Of a stretch of 64,000 nt of DNA, positions 1-12,391 are shown one piece after another. The position numbers and the translations under genes are program-made. The notes below the pieces were generated by a model that was not told where the DNA came from, made no database searches, and was given only the letters and a program-made list of their open reading frames with translations. The stretch lies in contig NW_019029024.1 of the NCBI RefSeq assembly GCF_002105155.1, positions 62,001-126,000 of the forward strand, given 5' to 3'. This stretch comes from Lobosporangium transversale. Its lineage: Eukaryota. How positions within the stretch are numbered: the first letter of the stretch is position 1; every line of letters begins with the position of its first letter.

Positions 1-333
1 TATTTTCTATCTTTGTACAAAAAAGGCCGAAAAAATAAAAAAAATAAAAAAAAAAGTTACCTGTCATGCAGAGATATCGAGGTTTGGAAAGCATCTTTGT
101 CCTCTCAGCACTACCACCTTTCTTTCCAGAGGACATGATCTTTGTTTCCTTGGTTGCCTTTTCTTCCTCATAAATCTTGAGATAAGTTAACATGGTTTCC
201 GAAGTAGAAGCTAGATAAGAGACAAAAAGAAAAAAAATATATAAATATATATATATATATATATAGCAAAAGTTCCTTGTAAATTTGCTCGAAAAGGTTA
301 TTGACATATATGTATTCTCTTCTCCTCTTTTTC

Positions 334-364
<31 letters not shown>

Positions 365-944
365 TTTTTTTTTCTCAATTGAAACCGGACCCTCGCATAC
401 ATTTATTATTTTCACTCACATGAACTGTCGGAAAACAGGGCTTGGATCAATTGTTGCCTCACTGGGTCTTCCTTTGCCTTGGGTACAGCCATAGAGGCTG
501 TCAGCCCGCCTCCTGCATGACCCGCCATATCAAAGTTTCCTTGGTTTTACACAAGCTGTTTCTGTTGGGTCCTCTGAAGATGAAAAAAATTGACCTGCTC
601 TTTTCTTTTTCCTTTTTTTTTTTTATCTTTTATTTTTTTTCCTTTATTTTGGCGCTCCTATTCCTTCTTATTATTATTTTCCTTGAATGAGTAAAAATCC
701 GTCAACTGACTACAGTGTTGCGCGTCTTTCAGCTGAATAACGAGTTTCCGCTTATTGTAACTAACTGATGTTCCAATGAAATAGAGAAAGGTATGAGTTG
801 GAATGAAAGAAACTCAAAGTTCGAGGTGCGAGACGAGAACAAAGATGATGACTTCCTTTACCTCCTCCCACTTCTCGAATCGCCAGCAGAATGTGACTTT
901 ATCAGGGCAAAGTTCGTCACGTGCAGTCTTTAGATAAGTTTTGT

Positions 945-979
<35 letters not shown>

Positions 980-1524
980 AACGCGACTTCCCATACCTGT
1001 CCCTGGACTTGCCAGTAATAACCATTAGTTTTCTCCTTGAATGGCCGCTATCCATGCAGAGGAACTAGTTAGAGCCGTCAGAGTTCACTGCATCGTTCAA
1101 AAACAATAAAAAAATCCAACCGGGGTAGCCCCAGTCAGTTCTCAAAAATGTGATACAAAGATAACGATAGCAAAAACTGAAACTAAGCTTCTTGAAGTTA
1201 CGCCAGTTATCAATAAATACTAAATACACACATAGCCCAGCTTTTCCACATATTCCCAGCACCCCAAGGACTGTGACATAGTCATCAAAGAATACATGTT
1301 TGTCAAAGCACTGATACATCATACGTCCCTTGGGAAAGTGAGTGCATCTATATGCTAAAAAGTATTGTTCAAGGAGCGCAGGGCAGTCAATACCATGTGC
1401 CGGTGTTCGGATCTGGTTTTTGCTGTTTCATATGGAGCCTGCATTACAAAAGATGTTATGTTTATTATATTAATAAATATTTATATATATATATATATAT
1501 ATATACTACTCAGTGTTACAGGCA

Positions 1525-3204
1525 CTAAAGTCCATCTTCTTTCTCTTCGTTTGACACAATTTGCTGAGGAGCTCCTACTGGAGTTGTTCCTATATCCTTA
1601 CTTGCATTCTGAGCAGAATGCGTGCTGGCCTGACTTTCAAGCTGATCAGGTGTTGGGCTAGGATTCCGGATGGAGAGTGCAGAAACCCCTTGAGAATGTA
1701 TGCTCGTGGGCCTCTGTGGAAAAAGTCTTGATTCGCCTGGTACAGTATGCTCAGCATCCAAGGTACGTAGCGAGACATTCTCTCCTGACGATCCATGCTG
1801 AGATACATCGAGATGCCGCGAAGTTGCATTTTCCAGAGCGTCTTGTGATTGTTGACGACTGTATCTCGCATGAAGAGGATCATTGGGTCCAAGTTGCACC
1901 ATGGAAGTAGCAACAAACGATTGCTGCGAACTTGGACGTTGCCTCTGAAAGCCATTGTTATCCGAGTAGATACCTCCACGTGAGTCACCAGATTCAACCA
2001 TCATTAATTGCTGCTGTCTTGATGGCCCGCCTACAAGGGCAGCATTTTCATCATCTTGGCTCCATTGTGCGTACTGTGCTCCTGTAGCACCTGAGTGCTC
2101 TGATTGATAACTATACCGATTACTACCCATGAGACCTGGCATGATCGGTGGCGTGTACCTGAGAGATGACTGGGAGGTGTTGGGCCGGTTAGAGGCAAAG
2201 ATAGCATCTGTTCCTGCGGCTCTCGATGAAGCAGATTCTGACCCTCCCACAGGATCCTCAAGAGAAAGGGCCAAGAAGCTCAAAGGTCGTTTTGAATCAA
2301 ACCGCCGATGCTTCCGGAATCTGAAGAAGAAAAACACACCAGCTGTGATCAATACAGCAAGACCTAGCACTGATCCCAAGACGATGGGTAGTACTGAAGG
2401 TCCTGATGATGTATCGTCAGGATTGGTAGAAGTGGCCGTAGGCGAGGTACCTGCCTTTGAAGAGTTTGAAACCGATGGCAGGCTGGAGGATCCAGTAGGT
2501 TTTGAAGACCTTCCAGATGAGCGTGATGGTTTTGAATCACGCGAGGAGCCCTCTGTTGGTTCTGATGGTGAATCAGTTAAACTTGAAGGCTCTTCCTCGT
2601 CTATTGATGTAGTTTTCTCTGTAGGTTTGGTGGTAACGGGCGGCGAAGGTGCAGGTGTGGTCTTTTCAGTGGGAGGAGTGGTGGTTGGAGGAGATGGAGG
2701 GTCTGTAGTAGCAGGTGAAGTTGGCTGTGGTTCGGGTGATGGAGATGGGGCAGGGGCAGGCTCGCCAGTTGTGAGTACAGCACCAGGTACTCCACCATCC
2801 TGAGGAGCACGCTTTTCGAGGGCAAATAAGACGTGCTTACGATAGAGCTATTTCAAACCGGAAAAAATGGAGGGGTAGAATATGTCAATGGCGATCTGTC
2901 TCTCTGGCCGTTGCGTATTCTTTTGTGGTCTCGAGAGTGTGAGTGATAGAATGAGAGCACCAGGGAAAACAAAAGAGAAGAGTTGAATCGAACTGGATCT
3001 GTGCGTCTTGTTGGTGATTGATTGATCCATGCTCTATGGTAAATACAACTTTACCTTAGTTTCAAAAGATGACAGTGCGAGTGGGTAACCAGGCGCAGCG
3101 GTTGTGGTGGGTGTAAGTAAATTTAGGGCGAGGATAAGGACGAGGATAGATATAGTGGCCTTTGTGGCAGTTCGAACATTGTGTGATAGCAGTTGCATGG
3201 TCAT
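1525..3204 (-). CDS. Type I membrane protein with Pro/Ser/Thr-rich (mucin-like) ectodomain, Mid2/WSC-sensor-like architecture; 2 exons (3204-3055, 2847-1525)
   Basis: Exon 1 encodes a signal-peptide-like MTMQLLSHNVRTATKATISILVLILALNLL. A phase-0 GT..AG intron follows, then a PST-rich stalk, a TM segment (IVLGSVLGLAVLITAGVFFFF), a basic stop-transfer RFRKHRR and a low-complexity cytosolic tail. Confidence 0.75.
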
Positions 3205-3761
3205 TCAATGGAGGAATGAATGCGTTTTTTGTTAAGAATGAGGAGACCAAGCAGAGGTAAAGAAATAGAAGAAAAAAAGAGGGGGGAGAGAAAGAAGGAC
3301 CATTCCTCTGTTTTCTTTCCTTCGAAGGGAGCGAAAGACGGCGGGACATGGGACATGGTTGGTTGCATTTTTTGACAATAGTGTCGGCGTAATTGACCTT
3401 TCTCCTGAATAAAAAAAAAAATGGTCCAATCCACACACAACTCTTTTGCTGTGCCACGCGTGAAGGTGCGCAAGTGCATTTTTCCCTGCAGCAAGCACAG
3501 TGCTCACTTTTAAGAAGCAGAAATGCTAATCAAGATTGAACATCACTCATCCATGTAGACAAATGGAATGTGCTCATCCTTTCAAGCATCTCGATCTATT
3601 TCATCCACATATGCTCTTCTCAAGAACGATCGTGTGTGTGTTTGTGTGAAGAGGGCTGTTATTGAAGTGTTTGGTCGTACAGTACCATTTCCATGTGCCC
3701 TATTTTTTTTCCCGCAAATAAGTCTGTGTTTGTTTTGATCTATTTTTATTTTAAAGCAAGA

Positions 3762-5502
3762 TTACAATAGACCAGCACCCTCAAGACCCTGTAGAAACTC
3801 ATCATATTCAGCCTTCTTCTTCGCAGCCCGATCCACTGCTACAGGTACCTCGGGTGCAGTGTTGACCACAATCTTCCTAGGGCTCAATAAACTTGGTACA
3901 CTCGGCGCCGCATTAATCTTGGGCAATCGCAGACCAAGTCCTGTTTCTCTGTATTCGGGTTCGGAGCCAGCAGCTTCAGTCATGCCTGTATTTACTGTCA
4001 CCGTAGTCAAACTTGAGAATGCAGATGCTGATTCCGCTGATTCTCCCGATACAGGGTTGTAATCGTCCTCATCTACGCCCGGAGCCGCATTGACGGGTTT
4101 CCCAATCTTGCCCTTCTGAGAAACACGTTTGCGCATGATCGTCGAGGGCACAAGATGCACCAGCTCTTTTTGCAGATTTCGAAGTTGTGGCTCTGCTGAA
4201 ATACTAGCAGGCCCCGCAACCAGCGTAGGCTTTGGCGTTGCAGATATTGCACTCGGCTTCGGAGGGAGTGGATGTGATATCGTCCCTGTTGCTGTGGACA
4301 ATCCTGGTTTAGTAGGCACAGATACCGGGCTAGATTCCTGAGTAGAAGCTGCTGCCGCTGCTGCTTCCGCTTGCTCCTTTATACGTTTCTTCTCTTTTTC
4401 ATCTGGAGGTAGGTGGCCAGTCATAGGATCATTCTGTGGATCTGTTGTTCGTGGTGGTTTAATGTATCGAGGAGGTGGTGGTCGTTGTGATGGTGGTCGC
4501 ATTGGTCGAGGATAGCTCGGCCTTGCTTGGAAGCCTGGTGGCATGTATCCACCTGGACCATTGGCTGTATTAGGCCCACCATAAGGACCAGGTGCTCCGT
4601 ATCCTGGAGGAGGAGGGCCCATTCCTGGTCCTGTATGCATTGGCGGATGTCCATAACCCATGGGTGGAGGAGGACCAAGACCTGGTCTTGTTGGAGGGTA
4701 TACGCTACCATATTGGGGATGGATGCCGATTGGAGGATCTAATCAGTCAATATACAAAAACGATCAACTTCACTTTCATTTCTAAAAGCAGAAAACATGC
4801 TCATAAGTGTTTTTAATAATGAAGGACACCAAGATACTTACCAATTGGATTCATTGGCGACATTGGTGTGTTTTGCACTCCAGGGTGTGAGAAACCTGGT
4901 GGGTACATTTCTGGTCTTGGTTGCATGGGTGGCCATTGTAAAGATGGATGCTGATGTATCTGTGGTACAACAACAACCTTTGGCTTTGTAAGCTCAAGGA
5001 ACTTGGTCTGCTCTTCCTTTGATGGTGCTGGGCCTTCAGGGAGTGGAGGCATGAATTTTTCATCGTCCGGATCTTCTGAATCCGATTCTGAAGTTGAAGA
5101 GTCCGAGTCGGAATCAGAACTAGAATCACTTGATGAACCTGAGTCTGATTCTTCCTCTGACTCTTGTGATTGCTCTTGTTGATCTAGCTTTCCATGTGCC
5201 TCTTCCATGCCCATAGGGTGTTGTGATGGCAGAGGAGCTAGTAATTACAAAATCATTACTGTTAAAAAAGACTTTTATAAAAAGATTCTTAAATCATATT
5301 CCACAAATAGACAGATTCATACGATACTCAAGGTAGGGCTGTCCCGGAGGTGGTGCGCCATATGGATTCAAGATCGGGTCATAGTAAATAGATCGTGTGG
5401 GGTCCCTAGTTTGTTCAGGGACTGGGACTGGAGTGGGTTTTTCTGGCTCCACCTTTTTACTAATCCATTCAATAAAATTAAGATACTGTCAGTAATACTA
5501 AC

Positions 5503-5539
<37 letters not shown>

Positions 5540-5831
5540 CTTCAACGCCTCTGACTTTGACAGTTATGCTTACGGCTTTATCTTGATTCCATGTGCCTTT
5601 TTAATCTCAATGATTTTGTTCATTCTCTCTCGCAGTTCACTAAGCTTTTTGATGCCATCTTTGTCGAGCTTCCCTTCAGCCTCTCGAGCCTCATATTCTG
5701 CCAGCTCGACTTCGGTTGTTGTATCCCTGAGTGCAGAATTGACTTCGCGGATCTTCTTGCGATCTTGTTTATTCTATGTACAATCGGGAAAAGCAATAAG
5801 ACTCAATTATCTAAAGCATAGTAAACTGTAG

Positions 5832-5866
<35 letters not shown>

Positions 5867-6105
5867 ATAGCACATGATCCAGATCTTGATATCCAACATC
5901 CCTCTCTACCTTTTTAATCTCCTTTTTATGTAATTCCTTGCCTACGGAACACACGACAATTGTATTATAGCCATTTATTTTTTTAGTTAGATGTTGCATG
6001 CATTTTGACAAATGGTTGACAGATCTTAATGTCAAACAAAGGCTGTGAATTAAACATACGGTATTGGTCCGCAGGGTTGAGACTCCTGCCACTTTTGCGT
6101 CCCAT
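3762..6105 (-). CDS. WBP11: WW-domain-binding protein 11 (Wbp11/NpwBP) splicing factor; about 6 exons
   Basis: The spliced N-terminus MGRKSGRSLNPADQYR-KELHKKEIKK-NKQDRKKIRE matches the Wbp11 domain. Also present: RSIYYDPILNPYGAPPPG motif, acidic Ser run, Pro/Gly-rich region, ISAEPQLRNL...LVPS motif and C-terminal YDEFLQGLEG. Confidence 0.88.
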
Positions 6106-6215
6106 GGTTGCCCTTTATTCTTTTGAGTCTGGTAACTGTTTCTAGCTCAAGTTCTTGTCCTAGTCCTGGTCCTGGAAGAAACTTTGAATAAACTTGTCAT
6201 CCTTTGAGAGTAAAA

Positions 6216-7613
6216 TCTCTAATATACTATAGCCGCTACCTTTTTTGATATATCACGTGTAGAAATTTTTTTTCAGACAATTTGGGATTAAGATCGGATT
6301 TTATTTCCTCCTCCTCCCCTTTCATTCCCTTATTCCCTTACTTCAACAATGGTTTGCAACCAATGCGTTAAAGAATATGCGCGTCGTGGAGAATTAGTTG
6401 AAGTTACGCATGAACGATCAAATAGTAATGAGTGTCTTTTCAACAGATGTAAGACATGTAGTCGTCCAAGAATACATGGACATATGGAAAATTGTCCTGA
6501 GAATATTATCCCCGTCATTGATAAGTGAGTATAAGTGATAATTGGAAAATGCAGAACATATATGACAATATGACAAGACAACACGACAGAGCAACAGAGG
6601 AATGGATAAGTATATATAGGATGTAGGATACAAGTGTAGGAAAAGCTGAACTAATAATTAAATAAATATTTTTTTTTCAATTTTTCAAAATCAAAGTGAG
6701 CGTGACATGGAGGTGCAAAATTCACGTAATGAGAACATTAACCTGAACAGAAGTAACCGCGAGGAAGAATATGAATTTGAGCCTTATCATCCCCCACCAC
6801 GACCTCCACTTCCAGTACAAGTTCCTATTGCTAGGCGACCTTTCATTGCTAGGCGACCTTTTAATGAAAATCTAATCAGAAGCAACAGTATTAAAAATCA
6901 CAGACATCACCTTGATCGGATGATAAAATGTCCAGATTGTCAGGCGAAAGTGTGGAAAGAGGAACGAAGTAATAAGAAGCAAAATCAGGACTTTAAATAC
7001 TCCATCTGCTGTCAGAGAGGTCGAGTTGTATTGCCCATTATTGAGCCACTTCCATTCATCCTAGAGGTTTTAAGTTACCATTTAAGCTGCTACTAAAGAT
7101 CGGCCAGCCTATCATGTTGTTAAGGAATATGAACGCCAAGCGTGGATTGTGTAATGGTACCCGACTTATTGTGCGTGGTCTTACCTCAAGATGCATGGAA
7201 GCAGAAGTTATCACAGGCGCTTTAAAAGGAAAAAGAGTGTTTATTCCGCGCATCCCCCTGACAACTGCTGATGATGACCAAACATCACCTGTGAAGTTTA
7301 CACGGTATCAATTCTCCATCAAGCCAGCATTCGCTATGACAATTAACAAGTCGCAGAGGCAAACTCTTGAGAAGGTGGGTATTTATCTCCCTGCTCCCGT
7401 GTTTACTCATGGTCAACTGTATGTTGCACTATCACGCTGCTCCAATCCAAGAGATCTGAGGGTTTTAATAGACAATGGCATATTTCCTGGGTTTGAAGGT
7501 GTTTATACAAGGAACATTGTATACAAGAGCGTTCTCCAATAAGTATAAAAATAAAAATAATAAATTATTTTGTTCAAAAATTCACACCTGTGCATCGCAC
7601 GGGCTACTGCTAG
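6216..7613 (+). mobile_element. Non-autonomous (internally deleted) Helitron, 1398 bp
   Basis: The 5' end TCTCTAATATACTATA follows a host A. The 3' subterminal hairpin CCTGTGC-ATC-GCACGGG (7587-7603) is followed by CTAG (7610-7613) and a host T. There is no TSD, and RepHel fragments lie inside. Confidence 0.92.
6349..7542 (+). pseudogene. Deleted Helitron RepHel gene: spliced N-terminal Cys/His zinc-binding region joined out of frame to the PIF1 helicase C-terminus
   Basis: Exon 6349-6524 (MVCNQC...H...C; CKTC...H...C) is spliced in frame (intron 6525-6696) to CPDC...W.EER...CCQRGRVVLP. After a junction near 7055-7065, another frame gives LKIGQPIMLLRN...LCNGTRL...QFSIKPAFAMTINKSQRQT...VFTHGQLYVALSR...TRNIVY. 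The HUH Rep domain and helicase motifs I-IV are absent. Confidence 0.9.
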
Positions 7614-8637
7614 TTGGTATAAAGGAGAATATCATCAGTGGCTGAGCAAAGTTACCTCTAATAGTCACGTGGATAATGAAAAGGAGGCCTGATATGGAGG
7701 TGTCAAGTTTGTAAATTAAGATCGATCAATGGCCGGCCATGTCTTCTCTACTTCTGGGTATCCGAACCAGCTTCTGAGTATCCAAGGATGATTTAATGTC
7801 ATATACTTTTATGTGTATAAACTATAAACGAAGAAACCACATGGCTACACAAAAAAAAAAGATGAGATGCCCTCACACGTGCCGCATGGACCTTGTCTGT
7901 TAGAAGCGGAAAAATAATTTAATAATCGTTTATTTATGGTTTGAGCCGCTTTCAACTGTGGGGTTACTCAAACCATTGCCAGTTAATTCTGTCAGACCCT
8001 AGCTTGGTCCTGGCGCCCGTTCATGCCATCATCACAAGGGAACAACACAGTTTGTCAAGAGCTCTTGTATTTCAAGTATTTCTGTACATGAACACAGAGC
8101 ATCAAGCATTAAATAAAATGGCTGCATAAACAAACAAATTCTGTATTACACAATGCGATTTGACCAAGTCAGACACGGACTGCAGCGCTCAGAAAGTTAG
8201 CAAGCTGACTGAGTTGAGGATTCTCGAGAGGAATGATGTTTATGTTTTGAAATCTTAAATTTTTTTCAAAGAGATGGACTGATTGTCGATTTGGCTCTGC
8301 GAGGTCTGCGCCCTTCGCTCTCTTCCTCTTTCATACACCCGTCTTCACACGATCTTCTCTTCTTCCTTTTCTTTTTCTTTTCCTTTTTTCTTTTCTATCT
8401 TTGCTCCTCTTCCTCTTTTCCTCCTTCCCTTGGAGCACCACTCGTTCTTTCTTCCCCACCTCTACTCTCCTAGAGTCCTTGGTGGTTCCTCTCCTTACTT
8501 TTATCTCTCTGCGCATGTGCACCTATACCTGTTCCTGTTCCTGTTCCTGTTCTTGTGCTCACACCTAGACATTTTCTGCTGTTACGGCATCCTTTATTGT
8601 CCTCTCATTTCTACCGATTTACTTCATTCCTTTCACA

Positions 8638-9828
8638 ATGTTCCACTCCATTGCAGTCCTGACTACCACTGTTGCTCTCACTTTGTTGACCACTGTGCAT
8701 GCTCAGGTTTATTGTGGAGGTCAAATCAGTGGTATGGTTTGAAGTATTATAGCGATCGCTCACTTTGAACCTGTCACTTTGGACGAATGAGCTGCACACC
8801 CACTGATGCCCACAGTATCTTGCTGTGTTCTATGCTTTTCTTTGTATCTGAACAATTGTTTTTTTTTTTTTTTTTTTAAAAAAAAAATGTCTATATCATT
8901 TTAGAAATCGCTAATGGAACGCTTGGTGGTTTCAAAGCCCAGTACTTGTCCAACATCACACTCGTGACACTCTTTGGTCAGAACAACAACAAAGATTTCG
9001 AGCAATATGTCCTCTATTGTGGTGATCAAGCACCCGACACGCTTGCGCTACAGGCACATGGTATTCCTACATCCGTTGGTATCTTTAAAGTACCATTGCA
9101 GTCTGTTGGCGTAGAAGGAACCTTTACGAGCTCATATGTTGAGGTAAGAAAGCGTCCTATGCACCAGTAACTTTTTTTTTTTTTTTCTTTTTTTTGTTGT
9201 CATTGTGGATCACGAGCATTCGCATACTAATGTGATGAAAACCTTTCTTGTGCTTCTAAAAGGTCGCTGGCTCTGGGAGTGCCATCAAAGTTCTAGAAGA
9301 TCCACAAAATGTGGTGTCACCTTGTCTTCAACAAGCTGTCTCAAATGGCACCATCACAGCTCTGAACGACGGAGACTTTTCGCAATATGAGAGCCTCAAC
9401 GCCACTTTCCGTGAAAACATGCATCCAGGTCAGAAAAAGGACATTTGGGTGCCAACAACGAGGACAGAGGCAGATCCTTTATTGAGAGTCGAGTATATCA
9501 TAGCCATTTCTTTGTTTTTCAATAATGGGCAACATGGCGAAACAATCTACAACAACATTAGGAATGCATATACAACCCTCAAGAATGATATGGCACGTAT
9601 CCCTCTTGCGAACAGGAAGCGCATTGCTTGGGTTCGCTATGACTTTTCTACATCCACCTGGAGACTTCGCAACAGCGCTTTCGTAAAGAAAATCATCGAG
9701 GCTGCAGGTAAAAAGATGATCACATAAATAGTTCTAGTTGAATTCATCATGAATATGAGAGGGTACGAGATCTTGTTTTTTTTTATAAAAAAAAAAAAAA
9801 TGCTTACTGATCATTTGAGCCTTTTTCG

Positions 9829-9863
<35 letters not shown>

Positions 9864-10751
9864 GACAGGTGGTGTTTCGTTCCCATTACATGCGGATGGT
9901 CTGGATGACGCCTCGGTTTCGGCAGATGATATCAAGACATTGCTGGTCAATGCTCAGATCATTATTGACGAGACAGACTTCACTAATCGGATGACATATA
10001 ATGGCAAGGTGTATTCATCAGCGGTAGAACTTTGGAGGACTCTTGCTGGATTCCTTGTTTCGGATATGCTCCCTGCTCTTTCTAAGAATAAAGTATATTC
10101 ATTGGACAAAACTGCCAATGCCAAGGGTATTAGTGGTAAGTGTTATTCTTTTTTTCTATTTTTTTCTATTTTTTTTTTTATTTTTTTTTATTTTTTTTTA
10201 TTTTATTTTTTTATTTTGTTTTATTTTATTTTCCCCTGTGCACTCTGTCGATTTAGTAAACGAATGGTTTTTTTTGTCTTAAATTAGATTTCGAGTACCG
10301 GCTCGCATCACGTCCTGATATTCTTTTGAAGGACTTGATCTCCGTCCAGTATCCATATTACGAACCCGGCTATAACACCACGTTCCTCAATGACGATTTT
10401 TCAACAACAGGTGGTCCCGCTACACGTCTTGGAGCTAGTGATTGCGGCATAGTCCCTTATAATACCGGTGATATCCCACAAGTCCAACCAAATCCTTATT
10501 TCAAGGGCGATGAGGATGTACCACCCCCTTTGATCGGCAACGGTATCTATGGAGCGGGTGGTGAACAGGACAACAATGGCAATGGCAATGGCAGCGGCAA
10601 GAAAACTGGCATTATTGTTGCGGTTGTATGTGTTGCAGTTGTTCTAGGAGCAGCATTTGCATTTGCGTTCTTCAAGTGGGGCAAACGTTCCAAGGAAGAT
10701 CGCTTTATTGAATTAGAGGAAGAAATGAATAACGAGATTCCATTGCACTAA
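8638..10751 (+). CDS. Secreted, C-terminally membrane-anchored periplasmic-binding-protein-like protein (BtuF/CBA1-like); 5 exons
   Basis: Signal peptide MFHSIAVLTTTVALTLLTTVHA. Motifs YVLYCG, FKVPLQSVGVEGT, VVSPCLQ, E.DPLLRVEYI..ISLFFN, IIEAAGG, IIIDET, PALSKNKVYSLD and RPDILLKDLI. TM segment IIVAVVCVAVVLGAAFAFAFF near the C-terminus. Confidence 0.7.
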
Positions 10752-10923
10752 ACATGTATTAATCCTAACTTGTCAAAAAAATATTTATTTATTTGAATAA
10801 AAAGTAGTTTAAAATATATAACATGTCTTTTATACAAGCGTAATTTTAAAAATTGGTGGCGCCTTTTTTGGTTTCTCACAAAAAAAAAAAAGTAAACAAA
10901 GCCACATTCAACAACAACTGTCG

Positions 10924-10961
<38 letters not shown>

Positions 10962-11172
10962 TTCTTTGTTCAGAAGCAAGTGGACAAACCATAGTCAGCG
11001 AGAAGAGCTCTTATTCACCATTCACATTACTTAATTTGTCTTCATTTACACCTCAGTGTTCGCTATTGTTTCTTGTCGACTTTTTGTTTATCGCTTATCC
11101 TTCATATTCATATTTGCACTCTTCTCTACACCGCAACTTTTTTTTTTTTTTTTTTTTTTTTTACCTTCATAC

Positions 11173-12357
11173 ATGCCTGGTACACCAAAGAAAGGGGCAC
11201 GTAAGCCTCCAACGGCGGTCCTACGAAAGGAAAAACGCCTTTCAGAAAAACAGGAGCTAGAGCAACTGGAACAACGCTGCAAGCATCCTGTAGGTGAACC
11301 CATTTGTTCCAAGGGAAATATATATATAGCGATGTAAATGTGAACTAACCTTTGGAAATTGAATACTTTTCAAAAAATCAAGATCATTGGAGCAGACTCT
11401 ATGCAACAGTTCGATGAACTTCCCATTTCTCAAAAGACACTTTTGGGATTGAAACGAGCCAACTTTATCAAAATGACCGATATTCAGCGTAAAGCTCTTC
11501 CTCTGGGACTTTGTGGCAAAGACATCTTGGGAGCCGCAAAGACAGGAAGTGGAAAGACTTTGGCTTTCCTTGTCCCTGTAAGTTTTGAATTTCAGCATTA
11601 GTCATTTATTGTATTTTATCCTTATTACTCTTATCATAATCTCTTCTTCAACATATTCTAATCGCATTTTCTTGTCCCTTTTATCTCGTTTTGAAATGTA
11701 CTATATATACTATTACTATTATTATTATTTTCTACCTCAGTTGGTCGAAATGCTTTATCGTCAAAAATGGGGACCCATGGATGGATTAGGAGCCCTCGTC
11801 ATCTCACCCACTCGTGAGTTAGCAGTTCAGATTTTTGAGGTCCTTCGCAAAGTCGGTCGTGAGCACTCTTTCTCTGCAGGATTGATTATCGGAGGCAAAG
11901 ATTGGAAGATTGAACGGGAATTGATCTCAAAAATGAATATCCTGGTCTGCACACCAGGTCGTCTTTTACAACATATGGATCAATCTGCTGGATTTGATTG
12001 TGATCACCTGCAACTGTTGGTGCTGGATGAAGCGGACAGGATCTTGGATATGGGATTTAAGAAAACCGTGAATGCCATTGTGGAGAATTTACCTCGTCAA
12101 CGTCAGACAATGCTTTTCTCTGCGACACAAACTAAATCCGTCAAGGACTTGGCAAGATTGAGTTTAAAGGATCCAGAATATGTAGCAGTCCACGAGAAGG
12201 CTGAGCATTCCACACCAAAGAACCTCTCTCAATACTACATGGTGGTCCCATTGGATAAGAAACTGGATGTCATGTTCAACTTTATCAAAACACACTTGAC
12301 AGCTAAAGCCATTGTGTTTTTATCAAGTTGTAAACAAGTAAGTAATTTCTTTTTCTT

Positions 12358-12391
<34 letters not shown>

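Noticed and set aside
285..1322. Short ORFs with poly-Phe/Lys stretches (also 8283-8768, 10853-11260 and similar)
   Set aside because: These are translations of homopolymer and CT-rich intergenic or intronic sequence, with no recognisable domain.
2129..2803. 224-aa plus-strand ORF and other long antisense ORFs (e.g. 27319-27894, 39921-40394)
   Set aside because: They are shadows of real genes on the opposite strand.
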